DNA of 64,000 nt from Balanoglossus misakiensis (Eukaryota; Animalia; Hemichordata): NCBI GenBank assembly GCA_040954595.2, contig CM082588.2, positions 8,416,844-8,480,843 of the forward strand, read 5' to 3'. Both the position numbers and the translations under genes were made by a program. The notes under the pieces were generated by a model, which was not told the DNA's origin, made no database searches, and saw only the letters and a program-made list of their open reading frames with translations. Each line of letters starts with the position of its first letter. Positions within the stretch are counted from its first letter, which is position 1. This document shows positions 48,151-59,800 of this stretch, piece after piece.

Positions 48151-50083
48151 TTTGTAGTCCCAATTAGTCGAGAAGAAAACGTGTGAAAATCTTGTACTGA
48201 GTAACAATTACAAAGAAACTTTAATCGTTTTTAATGAATAATCACCAAAGGCTATGAACTGTATTTTGTATTCATGAATATTCCGAGGAGCAGCTGATTA
48301 CCGAATGAATTCAAGCAAATTATTTCGTCATGAATTTCCGTGATAACTTACCTGTTGAAGAGTTTCGCCCTCCAGTAGAGTTAAACGGTTGTCTTCGAAG
48401 GTTCAAGCCAGAGGCAGAACAAACTATTTCCTCCTATAATACGCACTTACATAAAGGTTGCAAAGCTGGCGTTATATACAACCAGGTCTCGTTTGAAATT
48501 CTTGCTGGTCATGGAACGATCGCACCACCTTTTTAGTACGCAGTCGCAGACAACACACAATTTGGGCGGTTGCTTAATATGACAACGAGGCTCTTATGGA
48601 CTTCGAGTTGAGTATAAAACAAATCAAAAACACGAAACAAGCACTCCTATTGGACTATAGACCGAAGGCGACTCTGCGGCTGGCTAGTGTTGACGTCATC
48701 ATTCTTTGGTACGTTCTCGAATTTTCCATTCAGCGCTATCATAGTTTTTATAATCCCCCCCCCCCACGATCTGATATGTAATTTCCCTAACCCACTAGTC
48801 GCTTGGTGGTTTTTTGTCTTTTTGAATATTCTCAATACTGTTCGTCCGTTTGTTTGCTTTGAGCGAGTTTCTGGTAATGAGCTGAGTTTCGAATTTGGGG
48901 ATGCGCTCCTGGTTTCGGTTACCGTCGACCAAGCGACTTTCAGAGCAAAAATATGTAGCTGCAAACCGTTTATCAATCTCATATATGTGAGAAATGTTCG
49001 TATGAAATGATTAGACATAACACATCGCCGACGACAAACTTCATCGTGTCACATTAATGACCGATTACGCCCATCGTTTTGATGTTAGACGTACTTATAG
49101 GTCCATAGACACAAACCTCTTGACTTCACGAATAATGCCATTTCAGCTCAACGACAGCCATGGGTGTTGAACTCGTATATTAAAGCTATACTAAAATTTA
49201 TGCCACATTAATGGCCGATTTACACCCATTGCTCTGAAGTATGACATCATATTACGTGTCTACATAAAGATAATTCCTCTGGGTGATGTTTTTGCTGCCT
49301 TCCTATGCCCCATCGATATCCTACCAAACTTCAATATGAAATGCTTTGCATCACATTTGAGCGGGGTTGGTTAACTATTTTCGAAACACCTGACGTCACC
49401 TCCTGGTCCATATATCTGTCTTTCTCGAACTTGACTTTGTTATGTGTGCCTTGTTGGTTTATCTCTGCTGTGCTGTGCTGTATTGCCTTTCCTTTCCTTT
49501 TCCTGCTTTCAATCGTTCCTCTTCGTCCGAAAACACAACGTACTTCTCACTCCTCTCAATAAAAAATGAATCATGATTTTCCGGACTGTCTGACGGTTGC
49601 TGTCGTACTCCGAATCGTATTTCCGAAACGGAGGAAGAAAATGGTTGTTTATGAATACCAGTACTTGTGCTGGGTTGGCTGTCAAGCCTCTCGTAATAGT
49701 CGATATTTGTTGGAATGCCAGACACCATCAGGGCCAAAACGATTTTGAAAAAAATACACAAATCATGTTGCAGTCTTATGCTTAGAAACGAGTATGTGAG
49801 GATTGCGAACGGTTGATAATTGAGAAGGGTATTCAGGAAATATTTGATATTAGACATGCGCGTTATCCATGTTCACGGACAATAAGGACAGGGTCGTGAT
49901 GAGAGTGGACTGCAGTTAGAGGGATTGTTATAATTCAGTGCCGACCACTTGCATCAAAGTTGAACACAACAAAACACAAGGTTGTGTTCTTTCCGAAATG
50001 TTTATTAAAAATAATAAAATATAGGTAAAAAGGCAGCGGTCTGGTTAAGTGGAGTCACCGAGCGTCACTGTCCTTCAAGACAT

Positions 50084-50560
50084 TTAATTTGGAGATACCC
50101 GAATGCTCCTCCTTCTAAACTTCCGCATCAACCACCGGACAAGACGTTGTCCGCAGCACGGCAGACAACCGGTTGGTTTTTCTTCTTCGTCCTGAACCTG
50201 GTTCGGGGACTCTTCGGTGTTTTTCTCGGGGGCGACGTCCGCTGCTTTCTTCCCCTTTCCTTTTCCCTTTCCCCTCTTCCCTTTCTCGTCCTCGTCCTCC
50301 ACGTCGGAAAAGACAAGATACATGTAGAACGGCTCATCATTCCCTTCCGTAAAAACTGCGGAATCCTGGTTTCTCGGATCCTCGTCACCACTGGTGTCCG
50401 ACTCGGTATCATATCCGCGAATGGGCGGCAGCACTTGAAAGTTTGAGAAGGCATAAATACCAGTACTGGTACTCGGCAGGCTGTCCAGCCACTCGTAAAA
50501 GTCTTGGTACGCCAGGTACAACCAGGCAGAGGATTATAGTTAGTAATACACAAATAATTG
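50084..50560 (-). pseudogene. Paralog of the orphan ORF with lost start codon and a frameshifting deletion
   Basis: ccacaATG has become ccacaATT, and a short deletion after VPG shifts the frame; the downstream acidic/cationic region is conserved. Confidence 0.6.
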
Positions 50561-52305
50561 TGGAGTCGTAGGCAAGTGTTGTTGAGTATGCTACTGTCTG
50601 AAACTCTTGCCAAACATTCTAATTCTTCTTCGTTCTAAGAACGCGTCTGTGACGTCGCCAAATAATGAACTTCCCATGCTACACAGAGCGCGCTCAAATT
50701 GGTCGAGTGCTTCGTGTGCGTTTGTAGGAAGACAGTGTATTTTCGCCTTTAAAAGTAAAGGCGTTGCAATGAGAAACTTATTCATTCCGGATCAAAATGA
50801 TGTCTGCAAAATTATGTGGAGAATAATTATAATTTTGTGGTTTAATGATGGGGTTTATTTTAATGCGAAACAAAATAATCACTGCCGGGCATGAAAGGGT
50901 AATTTCATATTTTATTCAAATTGTCGTCAAAACAGGCAATCAACAAAATGGTATTGTGACATTATAGTTTACACCACAAGAAAACAGCTGATGGTAGCTA
51001 TGATGTGTCACACGGAAAACTCAATATGTCACACGTCACATTCTTTAGTTATCTGAAATGTTCCAATACTAGTAGTATGGTACAATGGGTATGACTTATC
51101 AAAAACTTTTCACTTGCGTGTCATTATCTATTCAAACTTGAAAATCCCAATTACCGCCAGCCATGAAAATAAACTCACTGAATTGTAAACCACCTATCGT
51201 TCGTTGGTCTACAGCATGTGGATAGAAAAATGTACAACATGGCAAACAACAGTAAGGGCTTACAAGAAGAGTATGTGAATCTGCAGAGGGCGCTATTTTC
51301 TCCTGTTCCCAAACTCAACAAGAGTAGACACAACTTTCCTTACAAATAAGTTGTGATACTAGTCTGTCAGCGGTGGGATTGGGGCAGGGAACCAGACTAT
51401 TGTGATACCTTTTGTCATCTCTTTGTTCTTATGTTTTTCTAAAAACGAAAAATTTCTGTGACAAAATGATTTTTTCAGAGTAAAGTATGTACAATGTTTA
51501 AAGAAATGCTTCATTGTAACAAATACAAAAAAACAACAACAGTTGAACACATTCTACAACTGAACCGATACATGTGAAAAGTATCTGCATATATTGGCGA
51601 AATAAATCCAAAAGTAATGAACAGTGCAAACACAAAAAACTTATTCAAATTCATCTCCTGTAGAGCACACACGTTCTTATATGACACACAAGTTATTTAT
51701 CCACACACACAATATTTAATGTGTTATAGGGAAAGCCAAATAACAAATTGTAAATACAATGTACTATATATAACGCTTGGAAATATTGAAAGATGGAATT
51801 GCCGGTTTTCAAGACAACTCCAAAACATTGCTAACAGTCAGAATGAACATTTCAGGCAACATTTCTAAAATAAGACTTTTCACTGCAGTGTATGTAGTTG
51901 GTTGAAATGTGATAGAAGCAACCACAAGATCGTTACAAATAATTCTTAAAACCCACGGTAACGATACATCCCTCCATTGTTGAATCAAAATGATGTATGC
52001 TCACTAATTTGACTGACCAAGCCACTATCCCCAGCTATACTCAAAGCCACAAATGAACGTGTACATTATTGTGAACCTTCAACTTTTGAAGGGTCGGTTT
52101 CGGTTGATTGAAACGTACAAAATTCATGACAAACATATTATTACTATGAACAAACAATATTAGACAAAATTACTGATAACATTCATTTTGCAGGAGGCCT
52201 GTGGTTGGTTAACTTGCTTGAGGTTCCCAGGAAATCGTTGTATTTTGGGAATCCCTAAATGATTTACTTCGTCACTTTCTAATTTGTAATTTTCTTTACT
52301 GCTGA

Positions 52306-52590
52306 TTACAAATTAAATTGTTTTGTTTTTTGTTCAGATAACCTTGCTTTGTTCTGTGCATACTTGCCCCAGACATACTCCTGACCACAGGCTTCTGTTA
52401 TGTTTAGGTATTTCAGTGCATTGGCAGAGTCGCCTTGTGCTTGGTAAACGTGGGCAAGATTATAACATGCCCATAGTATGTGATATGGGTCACGGAGGGT
52501 GCTGATCAGATGGGTATATATTTCACATGCATCACTGTAGTTATTCAATAATGCGAGGACATGAGCCTTGAAAAGAGACGCGGTGGGATA
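52306..52590 (-). pseudogene. Extra copy of the last TPR pair/C-terminus downstream of the gene C stop codon
   Basis: LYPTASLFKAHVLALLNNYSDACEIYTHLISTLRDPYHILWACYNLAHVYQAQGDSANALKYLN..., out of frame with gene C. Confidence 0.8.
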
Positions 52591-52606
52591 CAATTCGTAA
52601 TTTTCT

Positions 52607-53830
52607 TTATTGCTGATTGCAAAATTGGACCCGTTTCTTTTGTTGAGGGGGCTTTGTTTTCGCTTCCCGTGCCATTTTAGCCAAGATATACTCCAGCCCA
52701 CACTCTTCTGCTTTGTTCATGTATTTCAGTGCATTGGCAGAGTCGCCTTTTGCTTGGTAAACGTTGGCAAGATGATAACATGCACATGATATGAAGAATG
52801 GGTCAGAGAGGGTGCTGATCAGATGGGTATATATTTCACATGCATCACTGTACTGTTTCAAGTATGTGAGGGCAACGGCCTTCTGGAGAGAAGCAGCGGG
52901 ATACAAACCACCTGCATATGCAACTGCTTTGTCGAGACACTCTATGGCTTTTAACAGGCACTGACGATTGCTTTCTATCGGATTGTGTCGGTATTTGGCC
53001 ATGTATGTGACTCCTAGGTAACACGCGAAAATTGGATTGTCTGGATCTTGTGCTGCAGCATTGTGAATAACTCGCAGTGCTTTTTCGAAGTCTCGAACAT
53101 TGCTGTGGCAGTAATAAAGACGTGCATAATTCACCGTGAAATTGGATAAAGGGGTTAATTCAAGTGCTTTCTGGATGAGTTGACCTGCTTCTTCATAGCG
53201 ACCTTCATCGAGTGACACGTCACTTAAAAGTGCCAAAGCAAAGCTGTGATGGGCATTTTTCTTAAGAACTCTCTCAAGAAAATTTCTTTCTTGTGCCATT
53301 ATTTGTAAAGCTTCCTGACATTTTGAATCTATACAGACACGACCACGTTTTTGTGAAAGAGAGAATGCTTGCCAAAACAGCCAATCTGTTTGTTCTGGAA
53401 GTTCTACTAAAGCACGGTCAAAGCTAACAATTCCCTCATCACACGTTTTGTTAAGAAAATAAGCAAGAGAGACACCCTTGTGAGCATATACATACGCTTT
53501 CTGTTTCCCTGACAATTTATCAAGTGACAAAGTTTCTATCAACTTAAGCGTTTCATCAACTCTCTCCATCTCACCCGACATGAAATGAACCCATGCTTTA
53601 TCTGCAAGAAGAACCAACTTATCACCAATTGGACCATCGTCGTCACCATCACAGCTGTCGAGTTCTTTCTGGTTGTCGGTGAGGGCGTCATCAAACCACT
53701 TCAAAGCGGCACTTGGATCTCTCTTGTCTTCTGATCTCAGTTTGGACACGTACAGGTAACCTTTCATAGCTTTATGGGGAACTGGAGAGAACGCCTGGTT
53801 GTGATATTCAAGTCTGTCGACCAATCTGCA
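52607..53830 (-). CDS. Gene C last exon: IFIT-like TPR domain
   Basis: Paralog of 18681-19883 with many amino-acid replacements. Confidence 0.85.
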   Translation of the reverse strand, partial: CRLVDRLEYHNQAFSPVPHKAMKGYLYVSKLRSEDKRDPSAALKWFDDALTDNQKELDSCDGDDDGPIGDKLVLLADKAWVHFMSGEMERVDETLKLIETLSLDKLSGKQKAYVYAHKGVSLAYFLNKTCDEGIVSFDRALVELPEQTDWLFWQAFSLSQKRGRVCIDSKCQEALQIMAQERNFLERVLKKNAHHSFALALLSDVSLDEGRYEEAGQLIQKALELTPLSNFTVNYARLYYCHSNVRDFEKALRVIHNAAAQDPDNPIFACYLGVTYMAKYRHNPIESNRQCLLKAIECLDKAVAYAGGLYPAASLQKAVALTYLKQYSDACEIYTHLISTLSDPFFISCACYHLANVYQAKGDSANALKYMNKAEECGLEYILAKMAREAKTKPPQQKKRVQFCNQQ

Positions 53831-56800
53831 CTGTAAGACCTACAGTACATGGAAAGGCATGTTACAGTGTCATGTGAAAACACAGGTGCTTGTACAGATG
53901 CTATGTTGGTATTTTATTGATTGTAATTAAGGTAGCTAAAACGATACGATCTCCCGATTTCACGTCATATGAGCGCTCACACTATGTTAGGGCCTATACC
54001 CCACTGACACATAAACACATAGCCCAGGAAGTTGGATGGAAGAAATTGTTTCTCTCCTCCTTTACTACAAGGATTACGGATGCCTGCAAACAAGAATGGT
54101 TGGTCCATGTTACGAATAAGCCAAAATTGCGTACCTATGTAACTTTTAAGAGTTTACTGGCCCCTGAAAAATATTTATCACTGAACTGTAATTACAAGAA
54201 CATCCAAGTTTTTGCACGTTTCCGACTTGCAATAGAGGAAGTGCGACATTATGGCATTGATCCTAGACATAGGTGATGTACATTATGCACATTAAGATGG
54301 GTCCCCGGGATCTTTTTGCCCGTTGCTATGGGCCTTTGCAGGACATTACACCCCGATTTGGACTAAGCCGTTTTCAGAGTCTAACAAGGGGCTGGTAACT
54401 AGTTGAAAATCTGCACGATTGTGAGCGCGCGCCCCCTGACGCCATTGATATGCAAATTAGCTAGGTCAAATTTCAAAAGCCTAAGGCTTCAAATTCCAGT
54501 TCCACTTGAAAGGCTTGGCTGAGTGGAGAATGGCGGAGGGGGATCACTGGTTGAATAGCAAACAAACACACACACACAGGAACAGGTATCTTGGATCAGT
54601 AGGGGTATTTATTAGGACCAAAACTACTAGACACTGACAAACTACAAGTCACGTGTTGGGCCCCATTGTAATGCAAATGTAAATGCAAATGAGGTCTGCT
54701 GGCATAGGGGCCCAACACTGCTAACCTAACTATTACACTACTAAACTATGGACTAAAGTCCCCAAGACCCAAGATACCTGTGGATGTAGGGTGTAAATTT
54801 AAGAGCTAGGGAGCTGGGAGGCGAACTGGTTGATACTCAGAATGCGAAGTGGGAGAGATGGGTGAAGATACTTTCTAAAGGAGTCACTTTTCCAGTCACC
54901 CAACAACTTAATAAGTTCAGGAGAAATACCACACTGCAAGGCCCAAGATGCACCACCCCGTCGGAAACTATGAGTGGAGTACTGGTCAACATTGTGGACA
55001 ATAGGGGTCAACAGACTGAGCAAACGCTTGGAGAAGGCGGGTGGGAGAAAGGGACGGGCGGGAGGGATGACAAAGGCTGGGCCATCCATAGGGGCAGGGG
55101 TAGCTAGAAACGCCGAAAGGACAGCAGAAACCGGGCAAAGGGGATGTCCTGGGAGGATGGGGAGAGGTACAGTAAGTTCACGATCCTTGGTCTGAATGGT
55201 TTTTGACCACCTAACAACCACACCAAGACCCCAGGAAAAAACCAAGAAGTCGCCGCGAGTAAGATGCTTGGAAGAGTCGAACAACTTCAGAGAAGGTGGG
55301 AGTACATTTGATTTTCGAAATAACCCGAAAAACAGAACAAGACAAATAGCCCAGAAGACTAAATCAACAGTAAGGGATAGGTCTAACTGAGACTGAATAC
55401 CCAACAAAATGTGAGGGGTGACAGGAAGTTTACGGCAAACAGAAGTACCCTTCACACGGGCCACACCTTTAAGGATAGTTAAGACAGTATCTTAACAATG
55501 TTAAGATACTGGCGGATAGAAGAGACCTTCAGGCGTCTAGCGAGATAAACTACATACCTACACAGGACAAGAGGGTCCACCGGTACAGGACAGTAACCAA
55601 AAGACAGACAAAATTCCAGATAGGCCTTGCGGTGAACCGCATAAGAAGCTTTAGTGGACTGGGCAAAAGTGTGGCCTCTGTAGAAAGCAATTTCTAAATC
55701 CAGCTCATTTTCTAGCTGCTTCAGTTGGGAATCTGAGGGCAAAGAAACAGAGCAGTAGTAGGAGACATATGGTTATAAAAAGTAGCAATAAAATCTGAAA
55801 AGGGGACTGCAGGGCTGTAATGAGAGCAAAGAAGAGAATAAAGACGCCAGGCTTGACCTGCTTGATGTAGCCGTGAGATAGCATCAGGGATGTCATTATC
55901 TTTACCTGGGACATGCATTGCTCTCATGTTGAAATTGTAACGCACAGAAAGCCAAAATAAATCACGAAGGGCGGCCATAACTGCAGGATTGCGAGAAGTA
56001 CCATGATTGATACAGGCCATGGCAACAGTACTATCAGTGAAGATATGGACAGTAGAATTTGTCCAATGTTTTGCCCAACGTCTGGCAGCTAAAATGATGG
56101 ACAGAACCTCCTTATGATTGATATGCAGAGATGCGACTTCAGGCCAGTCGCAGGACCAACGGGTGTACTGCCAGTCTCCTTTGTAGAAAATACCAGAGGC
56201 TAAATTAGATGCATCCATGTGAACATCTGTAATAGGACGAGGGTCAATAAATTTAGTAGCACCATTGAACAAAGGCAGGCATTGTAACCACCATTTAATA
56301 TCAAGGTGGAAATCCTTAGAAAGAAGCATTTTATGCGAAGAACAGCGTAGTTTGTTTAGCTGGGAGAGGATTCGCCGGAGGAAAGTTCTACCTCCTTTGA
56401 TCACTCGGCATGCCCAAGCTAATTTGCCAGTAAGGGTTTCAAGTTGGCGGCGGCTAGCTCGTTTTCTCATGGAAAACGTCAAGAGCAGTTTGTATAAATC
56501 TGTAAGCTTCTGCGGCGGTAAACTTAAAGTAAGCTGCAAAGTATCAATTTCCACACCAAGGAAAACTAACCGTTGTGTGGGGCCATCTACTTTTTTCCAA
56601 GCAATGCGAAAACCTAGTTGCCTAAGTAAGCGGAGGAGAGTATTAAGGGCCTCTAAGCAGGAATTGTAATCGGGAGCAACAATAAGAAAATCGTCAAGGT
56701 ACACAACCATAGCATCAATGCCCCTGCGTGCCATCATCCGCCTGACACTCTGGGTTAGCCTATGAAAAATGCTAGGAGAGAGTTTTGCACCAAAGGGCAA

Positions 56801-59800
56801 GCGGGTGTCATAAAGATAAGTAGGGTGAGTTTGACCTTGAAACGTCCACTCAAGGCCTGTAGCAGGAAAGTTAGAAGGGTGAATCTTGACCGAACGATAA
56901 GCTGACTTCAGGTCAACTTTAGCCAGGTAACTCCCAGGAGAAATCAGCTTAATTGCATCGTCAAGGGACTGATACTGAAAGTGTTGGTCGGTGGCATAAT
57001 CATTCACAGCTTTGCCATGTGGCTGGCTACAATCATGAATCAGGCGGATCTCCGAAGAGTTAGGTTTGGGGATAGCCCCCAGGGCACTAATAATCGTTGG
57101 CCTTTGGGAGGTAACAGCATAATGACCTTCAGCAATTTCAGAACGCAACTGGGCTTCCACTTGCTGGCGAGCAGTTTCAGTGGCGGACTTATAATTTCTA
57201 GTGTGAGCAGGTTGCAAATTTGAGGAATTATCAATGATGCGGAAGCCATCCCTGATGCCATTCAGAAGGAAATCGGCATCAGGATCATTTTTTAACTCAG
57301 ATTGCCAAACAGAATAATTAAGGGAGAACTCAGTGGTAGGCGGGTTTGGCAGGGAAGAATTTGGCAGTGACTCTTTTAGAAGTTTTTTGAGCTGGAGGAA
57401 GGTGTACCATCATGGGCGGTTCGGGGATGGGCTTTTCTGCATGATGCGTCTAGGCAGACATGAGCATAATTACAAGTGGGCCCAAACTTACAATTACCCT
57501 TATTAAATCCCAGGCAAATAGGTTTCCCAGATTGAGTATCAATTGGGGCCGGGGATCGAGCAGCCTTACCCTCTGCTTGTGTATAAGATTTCCCTGACTG
57601 CTGTGTCACACCCTTGTTGCTAGGGGGAAATTGCAACTTTTCCCTCAAATGCACTTTGGTCAAATGGCTTATGTCAGCCCCCCACTCGAAATTGTGATTT
57701 GCCTGATACTGGCGGTATTCCCTGTCATACTGAATAACCGAGGACCAGGTGTACCGGTTCGCCAGTTGGGAAATTTTCCTGGTATATGCGAGGTAATTTA
57801 GAATGCCATTTCCCTGCAAAGACCCATTCTCGATCTTTTCATAAAGAATAGCTACATTGGCTCCCATCCACTGGGATGGGGATACCGATTCTAATCGGGG
57901 TTTCCTGGAGTCTGATTCTAAGACCAGACGAGTGCCATTCTCCCCCGTACTGATAACCGTTTGTTCGGTAACCCTGTCACCCAGCGATAAATAATCTAAA
58001 ATATCAGCATATTTCTCACCTTTGTCTTTTGTTTGCATGTACACCCTCGGGTTCAAATCAGCTCGAGGCTGATTGGCAGTGTTACAAGAGTTATTAAGTG
58101 TTCTCGAGTCTAACAAAGTGTTCAAAAGGCTTTGGAGTGGAGTTGTTCCCGCTGGAGCTGCGGTTGGGTTAGTCGGTGGCTGGTTCAGGAGCTGTTGAAG
58201 GAGCCTATCCGTCTCTGTGTTGTTGTCGATGGTGGCGGCCATGTTTGACCCTCTGACCTCTGACCTGGTAGCGTCTGAATCCAGCGGCGTAGACCCTCCT
58301 GTAGAATGTTGTGGTGGTCGGCTGTCGGTTGTGTTGCTGGACGTCGACCGATTCAAATGATTGATTGCCTCCTCTAGTAGGCAGCGTTGGGCCATTGGTT
58401 CTATCTCGAGCATTTGAATGTGCTCGGCCTGTATTAGTCGTATAGATTTCATTGTCACGAAACCCGCAGTCGACAGTCTTGCTATTGTGTCCGGGGTCAA
58501 ATCGTTCTCAGTTGCCCAATGCTGCACTTCCGGCGAAGTTTCAGGTACTGAGTTCCCTTCTTCGACTAGTGATCGTTGACTTCGGGGCGTTAGGTTTAAA
58601 GTAAGCATACCTGATGGGTCCATGGTTTATGGGTCCCCTTGAGTCTGTGGTTGCTGCGGGCGTCGGAGTTGAGATCGGCGACGATCGGTGTTGACTTCGA
58701 ACAGCTTCAGCGAGTCTTGCGGTGTGGCATCAAGGCTGTAGGCTTGGCGGCAGCGGCAGAAAAGGCTAGCGGCAGGCAGCAGGACGGAAAGGCTAGCGGC
58801 AGGCAGCAGGACGGCTTGGCATTTGCCTTGGCATACTGACTGCATGGGTCTAGCGACCCGCTTATAAAGGTAGAGGATGCAAATGTGCCCTTTTCTATGT
58901 AGATATGACCTTATAGTAAAGCTCCCTAAGATCAACCTTCCAGAACGCTTGCAAATAAACGCTAATAAACACAGTGATCCCCCTAGCTGGTTACACTGAA
59001 TTTGAACCAAGTTAATACTTTAACTAGGCCTTTTATTCCGTAACCTCAAAAACGAACTTGATACGTATTCATTAGTTGCTTGAACCAGGGAAGATCGTGA
59101 CGGATTTTGTTTTCGAATATTATCGTTGTATCCTACGATTTCAGCATACCCGTACCACACCTGAAAAAGTCATCGATTTTGGGTGTTTTTGGACGCACTC
59201 TTCCACCGGTATCGCTTCTTAGCACGACGAAAACCGAAAAAACGATCCGTCACACTATGCGGAAGTGCGTTCTCAACAAGCATGTCAAATTTGACTGGCG
59301 TACGTGGCCTATGAAAAAAGCCTTAGGGACTTTCGTGAACGGTACAAAATCTCTGTGTACAAAACATTGGATTTTTAGCGTTCGATCCAGTTATTGTGGT
59401 TACAGGACGCGCACGCTATCGCTGACCGCTGCTTTGCCGTATTAACGTGGCGGCCTATGGCCGAGCGGTAGCTACCGTAAACATACTCGGACAGGGGGTG
59501 TGCACACAATCGTGTGTATTTTTAACTAGTTACAAGCCCCTTGTCGGACGTTCATAACGGTTTCGATCAAAATTGAGTGTAGTGTCCTACAAAGGCCCAT
59601 AGAAACGAGCAAAAAGATACAGGGGACCCATCTTAAACGATGTAGAGGATGAGTATCACTTTTTGCTAATCTGCCCATTGTTCACTGAAATAAGAATTGA
59701 ATTTCTGCATAAAGATTGTTTTACTGAGCCAAATTTGGACAAATTTCAGAGACTTGTAAGTTCCACAGACTCAGAAATATTAATCAATCATCGCAAATTT

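Larger units (their letters stand above)
54292..59636 (-). mobile_element. Tyrosine-recombinase retroelement (Ngaro/DIRS-like ORFs) bounded by ~140-bp imperfect TIRs and a TTAA duplication
   Basis: TTAA 54292-54295 + GATGGGTCCCC... and ...GGGGACCCATC + TTAA 59633-59636; contains gag-like, RT/RNaseH and YR ORFs. Confidence 0.88.

Noticed and set aside
52094-52106. ISRE/IRF-like motifs (also ~22878 and ~62398)
   Set aside because: Short, intronic or downstream, not conserved between paralogs, and expected by chance in AT-rich DNA.
58761-58814. 27-bp tandem duplication upstream of YR-element gag as Ngaro split direct repeats
   Set aside because: Only a local tandem pair; no matching copy at the 3' end of the element.
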